Shown: positions 28,077 through 38,033 of the stretch, one piece after another
Position numbering within the stretch: the stretch's first letter is position 1
Layout of the letters: each line of letters begins with the position of its first letter
DNA from: a virus
Taxonomy: Duplodnaviria > Caudoviricetes
Direction: 5' to 3' (one strand)
Virus record (IMG/VR): IMGVR_UViG_3300046733_000629
DNA: 64,000 nucleotides
Made by a program: the position numbers and the translations under genes
Notes under the pieces: generated by a model
What the model was told of the DNA's origin: nothing
Seen by the model: the letters and a program-made list of their open reading frames with translations, nothing else
The model's database searches: none

Positions 28077-28413
28077 TCATTTAAAAAATTACATTGGAAT
28101 ATATCTATTAGCAATGGTATGTTTTCTAATATATGCATCTGAACCAACAGATGAAATACCAGTTTGGATATGGTATCTTTTCATTCCAGTAGTTTTATGG
28201 AAAACGCCACCGTTTAATATTGGTGATTGGTTTTGGGGTAAAGTAGCAAGTTTTTGGATGTGGATATTGAAACCATTTACAAGATGGCAAAACACTTGGC
28301 CTACATGGGTAAAGTATGTGTTTGGTATTGTACTTATTATATTGTTTGAAGAATATATTTTAAAGCCAGCAGGCTACACAATGTATCCTTGGAGAATAGA
28401 TTTTAATGGCTGA
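28060..28413 (+). CDS. Small membrane protein
   Basis: Several Trp-rich hydrophobic segments. Confidence 0.6.
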   Translation: MRVMYNHLKNYIGIYLLAMVCFLIYASEPTDEIPVWIWYLFIPVVLWKTPPFNIGDWFWGKVASFWMWILKPFTRWQNTWPTWVKYVFGIVLIILFEEYILKPAGYTMYPWRIDFNG

Positions 28414-29467
28414 TATAATGGAATGGCATAAAAATGTTACTTCATTGCAGTTTGACATTAGTAGTCATTGCAATGCACGTTGCGGTGCATGTGTAAGAAA
28501 CAAAGATGGCGGGGAAACTGAATCAAATTTAGAACTAGCACATTTTGATTTTGACTTATGGAAACGTATAGCATATGAAGATACTAAACGTTGGTATATA
28601 CATAGACTAAATCTAAATGGAAATTGGGGCGATCCAATGATGCATCCAAAATTAGTAGAAATGATGGAAGTATGGTTAGATGCACACCCAAGAAGTACAC
28701 CATCAATTGCAACAAATGGAAGTATGAGAGGACCAAAGTTTTGGCATGACTTAGCTAGTGTAATGCATCACTTTCCAAATCATAAAGTAGACTTCTCAAT
28801 TGATGGAATGGGAGACACACATAGCATATATCGTAGACGTACAGACTTTAATAAAATTTGTGAAAATGTAAAATCGTTTTCCGAAGCAGGCGGGCATGCT
28901 ACAATACAATTTACAATGTTTGAACATAACGAACATCAGCATAAAGAAGTTGAAGATTTAGCAAGGTCGTTAGGAGCAATGCAACTTGTTAAACGTAGAA
29001 GTCATTCTTCAAATATGGTTATAAAAGATAAAGATGAAGAATATAAAATAACAGCAACTGAAGGTATTCCAGAAGAAAGAATAAAATTAAAAGATGATAG
29101 AATTGAAAGTACAAATCCACACAAAGTACATATATTAGAAGCAAGTGATATGTATGATACTTATTTGAACACTTCAGAAAAACAAAAAACAAAATGTCCT
29201 TGGTACAATGCACAAGAGATTCAAATTGATCCTTGGGGTACAGTTTGGCCATGTTGTCATGTTAGTCTATTTGGAGTTCATTTAGAAAAGCATAATATTG
29301 CTAATGAAGTAGATGAAACATTTGTACAGGCTAGAAAAGATAATAATTTAAAAGATAGTTCTTTGTATGATATATTAAAGTCTGATTGGTATAACGAACA
29401 TGTTAAGTTAAGCGTCAAAGGCGCAAAATGGAAAACATGTCAACGAACATGTGGAGTTGAAGCATAA
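28406..29467 (+). CDS. Radical SAM protein with C-terminal SPASM/twitch domain
   Basis: CNARCGAC; NWGDP; C-terminal KCPW..GTVWPCCH..CQRTCG. Confidence 0.92.
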   Translation: MADIMEWHKNVTSLQFDISSHCNARCGACVRNKDGGETESNLELAHFDFDLWKRIAYEDTKRWYIHRLNLNGNWGDPMMHPKLVEMMEVWLDAHPRSTPSIATNGSMRGPKFWHDLASVMHHFPNHKVDFSIDGMGDTHSIYRRRTDFNKICENVKSFSEAGGHATIQFTMFEHNEHQHKEVEDLARSLGAMQLVKRRSHSSNMVIKDKDEEYKITATEGIPEERIKLKDDRIESTNPHKVHILEASDMYDTYLNTSEKQKTKCPWYNAQEIQIDPWGTVWPCCHVSLFGVHLEKHNIANEVDETFVQARKDNNLKDSSLYDILKSDWYNEHVKLSVKGAKWKTCQRTCGVEA

Positions 29468-30717
29468 TGTATAAAAATCCTATGTTAGATGATCATAGAT
29501 TCCCTACATGTTTAGCACCATGGAACGCATTAACTATTAAGTGGGGCGGTGCAGTATTGCCTGACATTATTTACAATGGCAAGTTTGGAAACATTACAAG
29601 ACAAACATTACCAGAGATATTAAACAGTGAAGAAGCAGTAGCATTGCGTAAGTCGCATGCAAGTAGAATAGTTCCAGAAGCATGTTTAGCATGTACCAAA
29701 AAAGAACAAAGCGGTAAAAGTCGTAGAATGTATTTTTGGGATAAACTTGATGTCGATGTTAAAAAAGGAAGTATTAAGAACACAGCAAACAGTAAGCCTG
29801 ACATACGTTATTTAGATTTTACAATCAGTAATAAATGTAATTTAGCATGCATACATTGTAATCCTTTTGTAAGTACAGGGTGGACCAAAGATGGAAAGAA
29901 ACTAAACAAAGAAAAGCCAGACTATTGGAAACAAGCACAAATAGGATATCACGGTGTAGAAGATATGACATTCCTTGATAACTTGTTTGCTGATCCAGAC
30001 TATTTTCGTAACCTACAGTGGGTAGCATTAAGAGGCGGAGAGCCATTGTATGATGAGAGTTGTAAAGCAATATTACAGTGGTTTATTGATCAAGGACTAG
30101 CAAAGAATATTATGCTAGACATTAGTACAAATGCTACAGTTTTCGATGATGACTTTCAGGAGATATTTAAACACTTTAAGCATATTGAATTGCTTATCAG
30201 TATTGAAGCAGTAGATGAATTATACAGTGTAGTACGAGGAGGATCGTATACATTTAAAGAATTAGAAGAAAACATAGAAAAGTTTTATACATATCCTAAC
30301 ATTGAAGTTGTGTTTGCAGTAACAGTTATGTTAACAAACGTATTTGGGTTAGACAAAGTATGGGACTGGTTTAAAGAAAAACACATGCATAGAGCAAGTA
30401 TAAGCATGAGTAATGTTGTAGTTAATCCTACATATTTAAATATTGCATACATGCCAGATGTGTTAAAATATATTATGTATGATAAGCTATTGTCTATTCC
30501 AGATCAAAGCATTTGGCCTAAAGGCAGTTATCATGTAGACGAAATACATTACCAAACTGGAATACATGCTATCAGAGATGGATTACAAGTTGAGGTAAAC
30601 GAAAAAGAACAAGAAAAGCAATGGGATTGGTTTGTCAAGTATACAAAAGACTTAGACAGATTACGTGGAACAAACACGTTTGAATTAATAAAGGAGTTAA
30701 AATTATATGAACAGTAA
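29467..30717 (+). CDS. Radical SAM protein with N-terminal twitch-type domain
   Basis: TCLAPW..CLAC (the CC pair is replaced by PD); CNLACIHC; LRGGEP. Confidence 0.9.
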   Translation: MYKNPMLDDHRFPTCLAPWNALTIKWGGAVLPDIIYNGKFGNITRQTLPEILNSEEAVALRKSHASRIVPEACLACTKKEQSGKSRRMYFWDKLDVDVKKGSIKNTANSKPDIRYLDFTISNKCNLACIHCNPFVSTGWTKDGKKLNKEKPDYWKQAQIGYHGVEDMTFLDNLFADPDYFRNLQWVALRGGEPLYDESCKAILQWFIDQGLAKNIMLDISTNATVFDDDFQEIFKHFKHIELLISIEAVDELYSVVRGGSYTFKELEENIEKFYTYPNIEVVFAVTVMLTNVFGLDKVWDWFKEKHMHRASISMSNVVVNPTYLNIAYMPDVLKYIMYDKLLSIPDQSIWPKGSYHVDEIHYQTGIHAIRDGLQVEVNEKEQEKQWDWFVKYTKDLDRLRGTNTFELIKELKLYEQ

Positions 30718-31645
30718 CCCAGATTTTGGTACCAGTGGCAACAGCGTCTGGAATCAACAATATTTTGATTTTTTAAATGAAACATTCTTTCCTAAAATTG
30801 ATATCACTACAATTGCTGATGAATCAAATATTATGCTTGATAGATATCAAGGATGGATAGAAAGTAGTACATTAAATAAATTTAAAGGACTAGACGCATT
30901 TCCAATGCGTTATGCAAGCGTTGGTACTACGCAAGCGTTAGATTGGTGGCATTATTATTGTGCAGTTAACAACATGGATCTAAAAATGTTTAGAGGAGAG
31001 TACCCATATCATAGAGATGCATACTTACAAACTCATTTGGGTTGGGATGATTGTATTGAAGATTGTGGATTAATTGCAGGTGATGCAGTTGTAGTAAGTG
31101 TTCCATTTAGTGCAACAGGCAGACTTCCAATACAATGGGAAGACTTAATGAAAACATGTAACAGACTAAAGATTCCAGTGTTTGTTGATTGTGCATGGTT
31201 TGGAACTTGCTTTGGTATTACTGTTAACTTAGATGAACCATGTATTAAAATGGTTGCATTTAGTACAACAAAAGGACTTAGTTGTGGTAACTGGCGTGCA
31301 GGTATTGTGTTTAGTAAAGTAAACGAAAAAGACTTTAAACGTGCTACTGATGGTAGCTTAGAAACACAAACAGATTGGAATCATGGTAATCATCTTAATA
31401 CTGCTATTGCTAACAGATTAATGGCAGAGTTTTCACCAGATACTATTCCTAAAAAATATATGGCATCGCACATGGCAGTATGTAAACATTATGGATTAAT
31501 TCCTACACAAACTGTACATATTGCAGAAGGTGCTCGTGGAACTGAATGGGACGTATTTCATAGAGATGAAACATACAATAGAATTAATATTTCAAAAGCA
31601 TTGAAGCGACACAAGAACAAGGGAAACTTTTATGACAACATATGA
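30707..31645 (+). CDS. PLP-dependent (fold type I, class I/II aminotransferase-like) enzyme
   Basis: VFVDCAW (DxA) and FSTTKGLSCGNWRAG (S-x-x-K...R-x-G Schiff-base motif). Confidence 0.75.
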   Translation: MNSNPDFGTSGNSVWNQQYFDFLNETFFPKIDITTIADESNIMLDRYQGWIESSTLNKFKGLDAFPMRYASVGTTQALDWWHYYCAVNNMDLKMFRGEYPYHRDAYLQTHLGWDDCIEDCGLIAGDAVVVSVPFSATGRLPIQWEDLMKTCNRLKIPVFVDCAWFGTCFGITVNLDEPCIKMVAFSTTKGLSCGNWRAGIVFSKVNEKDFKRATDGSLETQTDWNHGNHLNTAIANRLMAEFSPDTIPKKYMASHMAVCKHYGLIPTQTVHIAEGARGTEWDVFHRDETYNRINISKALKRHKNKGNFYDNI

Positions 31646-32084
31646 TGATCCTATTAACATAACAACTAAAGGACAATATCCAATTAGAGCCCATATGGTA
31701 TTTAATAACATGGGTCCAGAAAACTGTGAAGATATCCTTTGGCAGAATGTAATAGATTCAACAAGTAATCTTGAAGGAAACGAAATAGGTGTAAGTGTAA
31801 CACAGAGTTATCAATATACAAAGTTAAATGACGATCCAACTATTATGGTTAGATGGCAAGGTATTAAGACTACAAATGGTAATGAATTTAGAATTGGTCT
31901 AGGAAAAGGAATACCAGCAGATAAAAGAACACCACCTATAATGTCTGGCAATATGAAAACCGGAGTGCAAGTCAATAGTACACTATCTATACAATCAGTA
32001 AAACTAGGTTGTGTAAATGGAGAGTTTGCAATTGAAAAAGATGGCAAATGGTATGCTATTCAAATAGGAGAAGCGATTGAATAA
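31632..32084 (+). CDS. Hypothetical protein (beta-rich)
   Basis: 150 aa ORF coupled to both neighbours. Confidence 0.6.
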   Translation: MTTYDDPINITTKGQYPIRAHMVFNNMGPENCEDILWQNVIDSTSNLEGNEIGVSVTQSYQYTKLNDDPTIMVRWQGIKTTNGNEFRIGLGKGIPADKRTPPIMSGNMKTGVQVNSTLSIQSVKLGCVNGEFAIEKDGKWYAIQIGEAIE

Positions 32085-33213
32085 ACTTCCTAGTAATGCT
32101 TGTGTGTATCCATTCAAAGCTGAAATGCTTATGCATGGACAACCTGCGACTCCTTGTTGTAGGTTTCATACTAGATTTTTAAAAGGAAAAGGTTTTAACG
32201 AAATACGTGAAACTATGATGCGTAATGAATGGCACCCAGGTTGTTATAAATGTAAATCAGATGAAGAAGTTAAAGGTAGCAGTATGAGAACTGAGGCTGA
32301 CGAATTCTTTGATGACTTTACAGACACTGTACGTTTAGAGTACTTAGAAATAACAGTGGGTAGACTTTGCAATTTAGCATGTTTAAGTTGTGGAAGTGAA
32401 TTCAGTCATACATGGGACAAAGACGAAATAGCATTGGGAATAAGTAGCGAAGACAAAATTAAAAAATTAAAAGAAGTACAAGAATATGATTTAGATAATT
32501 TAGATTTAAATAATTTAAAGCATGTTAAATTTATTAAAGTAACAGGTGGTGAACCATTTTTACACAAACAGTTTTTAAATCTTATAGTTAGGTTAGCGGA
32601 CAGTGAACTAGCAGGACAAATTAGCTTAGAGATATTTACAAATTGTACATGGTATCCAGCCAAACTTGAACTAGATGCATTAATGAAATTTAAACATATA
32701 CAACTAAGTCCTAGCATAGATGGTGTAGGTAGTACAAATGACTTACTACGTTACCCATCTAAGTGGGAAAAAATAGAAGCTACACTTGACAAGTGGATTG
32801 AACTTAGAGACGCTACAGGACGCTTAAATATAGCTACAGCCACCACTGTAAGCGTTATTAACGCTCCACAGCTACATGAGTTTATACATTGGGCAAGAGT
32901 GCATAAAGGAATAGGAGTTATACTACAGACGGTATATGAGCCACACTATATGAGTGTAGAGCATTGGCCAGATTGGTATAAACAAACATTAGATATGATT
33001 GTTGAACAGCAATTTTCAGGGTTCAACAAAAATGCAGGTAAATTTAAGACTGCATATAAACTTTTAAAGAAGCTATGCAAATCGCATAGTAAAAAAGACA
33101 ATAGTATTATGTATAAGACAGAACTAAAACATATACTGAAACACCGAGGCCAAGACATTAGTATGGCACCAAAATTTAAGAATATATTAGAGTATCATGA
33201 TAAACAAGGATAA
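32077..33213 (+). CDS. Radical SAM protein with N-terminal twitch-type domain
   Basis: ACVYPF..TPCC..CYKC; CNLACLSC; VTGGEP. Confidence 0.92.
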   Translation: MNKLPSNACVYPFKAEMLMHGQPATPCCRFHTRFLKGKGFNEIRETMMRNEWHPGCYKCKSDEEVKGSSMRTEADEFFDDFTDTVRLEYLEITVGRLCNLACLSCGSEFSHTWDKDEIALGISSEDKIKKLKEVQEYDLDNLDLNNLKHVKFIKVTGGEPFLHKQFLNLIVRLADSELAGQISLEIFTNCTWYPAKLELDALMKFKHIQLSPSIDGVGSTNDLLRYPSKWEKIEATLDKWIELRDATGRLNIATATTVSVINAPQLHEFIHWARVHKGIGVILQTVYEPHYMSVEHWPDWYKQTLDMIVEQQFSGFNKNAGKFKTAYKLLKKLCKSHSKKDNSIMYKTELKHILKHRGQDISMAPKFKNILEYHDKQG

Positions 33214-34456
33214 ACTAAAGAAAAGCAAAACATTCTGCATGCTACCGTTTATGCATATTTACGGAACAGCAGGCGGAGACATTGTGCCGTGTTGTGAGGC
33301 ACAAGAAATCCCATTGAATAAACCAGGGGAGACAGCTCTTGAAAGCTGGAATAACGAAAACTATAAAGAGCTAAGACGGGCTTTGGCAGAGGACGAAAGA
33401 CCAGAACGTTGTAATGTGTGCTGGCACTTAGAGGATAGCGGCATTGTAAGCAACCGTCAACAATGGGAAAAAGACAACTGGAAAGACTTCAGTGACAAAG
33501 TTAAAGTCAATGATGATTTCAGTGTTGATAATAAACCTATGTGGGTAGAACTTAAAGTAAGTAACTTTTGCAATTTAAAATGTATTATGTGCAGTACACA
33601 TAGTAGTTATAAACGTGTAAAAGACTTAGATATTATTAAGAAGTATACAAAAGATGGCTACGAAACTAGACTTTTACGACCTACGGATTTATTCGCAAGT
33701 TTAAATGAATGGCCTGATCTATGGGATAATGTTCACACACTACAATTTACAGGGGGTGAACCAATCATTAATCAAGAGCATTATGACTTACTAGAAGGAA
33801 TACCCACAGAAGTTAAATCAAAAATTAAATTACGTTATGCAACAAATATAAGTCATATTAAATTTAAAAAATACGACTTAGTTGAAATGTGGAGACAATT
33901 TAAACATGTTAACATTAAAGTAAGCATGGATGGCGTTGAAGAAGTATACAATTATATTAGACAAGATGGTGATTGGGATACAGTATATAACAATATGCTT
34001 GTTCTTAATGCAGAACCAACAATAGATCTTGCTGTTGGTATAACAGTGCAATCTCATAACATTTATCATATGCCAGAGTTTTATCAATTTTGGAAAGAAA
34101 GTCCAATTGAATTAAAGTTTATTACAGCCAACGTATTACAAACGCCAAAGTATCTAAGACCAAACTTATGGCCTCAACCATATAGAACTAAAATAATTGA
34201 TAGACTAAGAGAAGCATATGAATGGTATCCAGAAATGGAAAGGTTTATAACGTACATGGAAAATAATCCACCAGATGAATTAAACTATACCAAGATGAGA
34301 AAATATACTAGAGATCTTGAAAACAGGTATCCCAAAGATACTACACTAAAGTCAATGATAAAAGATCATTTAGGAATAAAACTGGAAGGAATGGACGAGG
34401 TCGATCAGCGAGTGAAAGATCAAGAAGCAGCATTTTTTAAAGGATTCAAACGATGA
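33197..34456 (+). CDS. Radical SAM protein with N-terminal twitch-type domain
   Basis: FCMLPF..IVPCC..CNVC; CNLKCIMC; FTGGEP. Confidence 0.92.
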   Translation: MINKDKLKKSKTFCMLPFMHIYGTAGGDIVPCCEAQEIPLNKPGETALESWNNENYKELRRALAEDERPERCNVCWHLEDSGIVSNRQQWEKDNWKDFSDKVKVNDDFSVDNKPMWVELKVSNFCNLKCIMCSTHSSYKRVKDLDIIKKYTKDGYETRLLRPTDLFASLNEWPDLWDNVHTLQFTGGEPIINQEHYDLLEGIPTEVKSKIKLRYATNISHIKFKKYDLVEMWRQFKHVNIKVSMDGVEEVYNYIRQDGDWDTVYNNMLVLNAEPTIDLAVGITVQSHNIYHMPEFYQFWKESPIELKFITANVLQTPKYLRPNLWPQPYRTKIIDRLREAYEWYPEMERFITYMENNPPDELNYTKMRKYTRDLENRYPKDTTLKSMIKDHLGIKLEGMDEVDQRVKDQEAAFFKGFKR

Positions 34457-34593
34457 AAAATAAATTGCTAACAGAAATTAAAAATTTGGAACAAGTAATA
34501 TATATTTCAGAACTAGAAAAAGTTTCAGATAAAACTATGACTAACCTTAGAAATAAATTAACAAAATTACAAAAACAGGCAGAGAATGATTAA
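34453..34593 (+). CDS. 46-aa helical small ORF
   Basis: MKNKLLTEIKNLEQVIYISELEKVSDKTMTNLRNKLTKLQKQAEND; ATGA overlap upstream and 8-nt overlap downstream; below the ORF-track cutoff. Confidence 0.55.
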   Translation: MKNKLLTEIKNLEQVIYISELEKVSDKTMTNLRNKLTKLQKQAEND

Positions 34594-35863
34594 AGGCCAA
34601 AAAGATTGGGATTATCAATTTGTAAGTGACTGTGAAATAGTAAATGTGTTTATACCAAAAAACACACATCTCAGCGAACACGAAGAATTGAAACAAAAGC
34701 TACTGTTATTGCAACAAGTAGAATGTGATAATCACTTGACATCAAGCATAGTTAACTTGTATAATACTAGTAGTATTGACTGGATTAACCATGTTAGAAA
34801 AATGGGACACAAATATGTTGCATTTTGGTTTGATGGCTGTTGGCCTAAAACAGAAGGTATTGAGAAAAAGATACTAACCTATATAACTAGATTAGAAAAG
34901 AAAGATTGGATAACCGCAGTACATCCAAAATACTTAGATAGTTTAATGTTACTGAATATAGACGAATTTATTGCATGGCCTGCTAAAGCACCTAACTTTG
35001 GAAACTATAAGTTTTGGGCAGAGAATTGGATAAGTGACTGTACAGTAGAATTAAGTAAAACCATAGAAAGAAACATAGTAGTGGGTGCACCACAAACAGA
35101 TCCAGAGAACTTTTTAAATGGACTAATGAATGAGAAATATACAGATCATACTATTTCAAGAGGTGCAAGAGTAATTATAAAACGTAAAAATATACCAAGT
35201 AGTCCTGTATATTTTGTTAATACAGAGCCACTAGATGTTGACATTATTGAGCAAAATAAGGGTAAAATATACCAACAATATGTGGGTACAACTGCAGGTT
35301 TTAAACTGCTATATAACGCATATAACTACGGTTTTGATTTACACAGTACAAAGTTCGTCTGGTACGATTTCGACGCACACAGCCTCAAATTTAAGCGTCT
35401 AATGGTGGAAAATTGGGACGGAATTGACTATCCAGCGTTTGTTGAACAGTTTTGTAGCAAGTATCCAGAAGCAAACTCATTATTGCTAAAAGATGCTAAA
35501 AAGCAATGGGCAAGTATTCTTGAACACTTTGGCGGAGAAAACAATTGGCTAGATTTTTGGTGTCAAGTTGGATGTATGGAACACGAATTTATTGAAGTAG
35601 ATTTAATCAGCGGACACAAGCAAATAACAGACAAATTAGATAACGTTAGTACATTCTTTTGGACAAGCAACATATACAGTTATGTATTGCTAAAAGTAAT
35701 GAGCGAACCATTTAAGTTAGAACGTAGTTTTGCTGACTTAGTAACAAGATTACAAGAGATTGATAACTGTTGGTTCTTTGGAACAGATCCAAATGATAAT
35801 AACTTAAATTGCAATGTAAAATCTATATTAGGTTATAGTACAAACGAAAGTATAGGAACGTAA
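34586..35863 (+). CDS. Unknown two-domain protein, paralog of the next gene
   Basis: YVAFWFDGCWP, YFVNTEP, WYDFD, FIEVDLI, WTSNIYSY; similar motifs in 35863..37263. Confidence 0.7.
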   Translation: MIKGQKDWDYQFVSDCEIVNVFIPKNTHLSEHEELKQKLLLLQQVECDNHLTSSIVNLYNTSSIDWINHVRKMGHKYVAFWFDGCWPKTEGIEKKILTYITRLEKKDWITAVHPKYLDSLMLLNIDEFIAWPAKAPNFGNYKFWAENWISDCTVELSKTIERNIVVGAPQTDPENFLNGLMNEKYTDHTISRGARVIIKRKNIPSSPVYFVNTEPLDVDIIEQNKGKIYQQYVGTTAGFKLLYNAYNYGFDLHSTKFVWYDFDAHSLKFKRLMVENWDGIDYPAFVEQFCSKYPEANSLLLKDAKKQWASILEHFGGENNWLDFWCQVGCMEHEFIEVDLISGHKQITDKLDNVSTFFWTSNIYSYVLLKVMSEPFKLERSFADLVTRLQEIDNCWFFGTDPNDNNLNCNVKSILGYSTNESIGT

Positions 35864-37263
35864 TGAAAATATTTATAAGAAGAAAAGAAATATGTCATAT
35901 ATCAGTCAGTGGTGTATTATGTAAAGAGTTAGAAGAAAAAGCATCTGACGATTATATTTCTATCTTAAAAACAGCAACTAATATAAATCTAAACCTTAGT
36001 ACTGAATCGTCTTATATACATGATATTGAAGTGGACGCAGTATGGGATGCGTTTGAAAATTTAAGAGATCTTGGATTTAAAGTAGCAGTGTTATGGGCTG
36101 AAGGTAGTTGGCCTTGTGATCCTGATATAGATGATCAAATATTAGAATCAGTTGAGGAATGGGACAAAGAAGAATGGGGTTGTGCAGGACATATTTTAGA
36201 TAGACCTGGAAAACGCAAGCCTACATTCCATCATCAGTGTGTTATTGTTAATTTACAAAAACAAACAGAAAGTATTCAATGTAGGATTCGTGAGTATGAA
36301 GCAAGTACAGAACACTTTCACGATGACTACACACCTAAATGGATTAAACCAACAGGAGCTTCTAACTTATATGAATATGTTCCTTCTAGTAGTTGGAGTT
36401 ACGAAGAAGCAAAGAAACCATATAACTTGTTTAATTGTATATTGAGAACATCTCTAAAAAAAGGTTTAAAAGTTTTTAATATAGGATATAATATACGTAA
36501 TTGTAAAGTATGTACATACCCTGAAGATGATATTAAATGGACAGAAGAACAATTATTTAAAGAATACAGTGATCCAAAGATTATATATGATATAAAAGAA
36601 AACTATCCAGACAAGTTTTGTTTACTTGAAGCTAAGGTAATGTCTGAAACTTCTTTATATATTCTCAACACAGAATCAGTACCACATGTAATACAAGATG
36701 ATATACAAGTAATGGTATGTCCGTGTAGTGGGTTACATCAATTTAAATTTATAGAAAATAGTTTAGAGGTAATGGAAAAAGTTATTTGGGCAGACTATAG
36801 TTCTTATGCAGTTAAGTGGATGGAAATACTAATCAACGAATGGAATGGGAAAGACTTTCATGACTTCTTTGAAACTAACAAACATAGACTTGATTATGAT
36901 GGAATGTATGTATATGGACATGGTACATGGGAAAAGTTTTTAGATAGTTTTGATAGCAAAGAACAGTGGTTAAGTGTGTGGAATAAGATAAGAAATTTAG
37001 AGCATGATTTTAATGTAATAAATATTGTTAATGAAAGTAATAAAATAATAGAACTAATCCCACATGATAAGAATGTGTTATTACAATGTAGTAATATCTT
37101 CATGTATGAATCAAATTATTTTAACAAAGGATTAGATACAACATTTAATTCTATATCATATGTAAGAAGTGTACAAAACATTTCAAACAAAGTTTACTTG
37201 AATGGTGATTTTAATGGAAATTTTTATGATATGGTAAACATAGGTAGGAGAAAATTTATATGA
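35863..37263 (+). CDS. Unknown two-domain protein, paralog of the previous gene
   Basis: VAVLWAEGSWP, YILNTES, IWADYS, FNVINIV, QCSNIFMY. Confidence 0.7.
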   Translation: MKIFIRRKEICHISVSGVLCKELEEKASDDYISILKTATNINLNLSTESSYIHDIEVDAVWDAFENLRDLGFKVAVLWAEGSWPCDPDIDDQILESVEEWDKEEWGCAGHILDRPGKRKPTFHHQCVIVNLQKQTESIQCRIREYEASTEHFHDDYTPKWIKPTGASNLYEYVPSSSWSYEEAKKPYNLFNCILRTSLKKGLKVFNIGYNIRNCKVCTYPEDDIKWTEEQLFKEYSDPKIIYDIKENYPDKFCLLEAKVMSETSLYILNTESVPHVIQDDIQVMVCPCSGLHQFKFIENSLEVMEKVIWADYSSYAVKWMEILINEWNGKDFHDFFETNKHRLDYDGMYVYGHGTWEKFLDSFDSKEQWLSVWNKIRNLEHDFNVINIVNESNKIIELIPHDKNVLLQCSNIFMYESNYFNKGLDTTFNSISYVRSVQNISNKVYLNGDFNGNFYDMVNIGRRKFI

Positions 37264-38033
37264 CAATGGTAGATATACGAGAGTATAGAAAATTACATAT
37301 GTTTAAGCCAGTTGATGAAAGAACACAAGAACATTTCTCAGCATGGGAAGATGTTAAAAAGAATCCAGCATTGGCTGACGAAATACAATTACAACCAAAA
37401 GAAGACGATGCAGATTTTATTAGAGATAATACTAAAGTGCCTTGGGTTGAAATTAAATCAAAAGTATTTTTTCCAGCACCTAGTATAAAAGCTGAAGCAC
37501 AACAACTATTACGTACAGAATGTTTTACATCTCATAGAGCAGATAATTCAGGAGGCTGGATGAGCTTGTGTGTTTATGGAATGAGTAGTGTACATACAAA
37601 TAGTACACACGATTATCAACTGCCAGAGTTTGCAGAAAGAGATCTAAGTGACTGGACAGACATTGCAAAGTTTTGCCCTATTACAAAAGACTGGCTAGAA
37701 AATAATGGACTGTATGATAGATATACACGTGTTCGTTTTGTAGTAGTATTGCCCGGCGGCTGGATAAGTCCACATGCAGATGTAGATAGTAAAGTAGGAC
37801 TTGGTGCTACTAATGTATCATTAAACAATCCAGACGGATGTGGATTAGTAATGGAAGAATACGGAAAAATGCCATTTGAAGATGGTAACATATTTAAGAT
37901 TAATACTGGATACGAACATGCAGTATACAATAACTCAGGGATGCCTAGATTTCATATGATATTAGATGGCGATGTGAGTGATTATCAAAGAAATGAAATA
38001 GACAAGAATTATGCCAAAATGTTTGATGTTTAA
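37260..38033 (+). CDS. Aspartyl/asparaginyl beta-hydroxylase-like Fe(II)/2OG oxygenase
   Basis: RVRFVVVLPGGWISPHAD (HxD), NTGYEHAVYNNSGMPRFHMI. Confidence 0.8.
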   Translation: MTMVDIREYRKLHMFKPVDERTQEHFSAWEDVKKNPALADEIQLQPKEDDADFIRDNTKVPWVEIKSKVFFPAPSIKAEAQQLLRTECFTSHRADNSGGWMSLCVYGMSSVHTNSTHDYQLPEFAERDLSDWTDIAKFCPITKDWLENNGLYDRYTRVRFVVVLPGGWISPHADVDSKVGLGATNVSLNNPDGCGLVMEEYGKMPFEDGNIFKINTGYEHAVYNNSGMPRFHMILDGDVSDYQRNEIDKNYAKMFDV

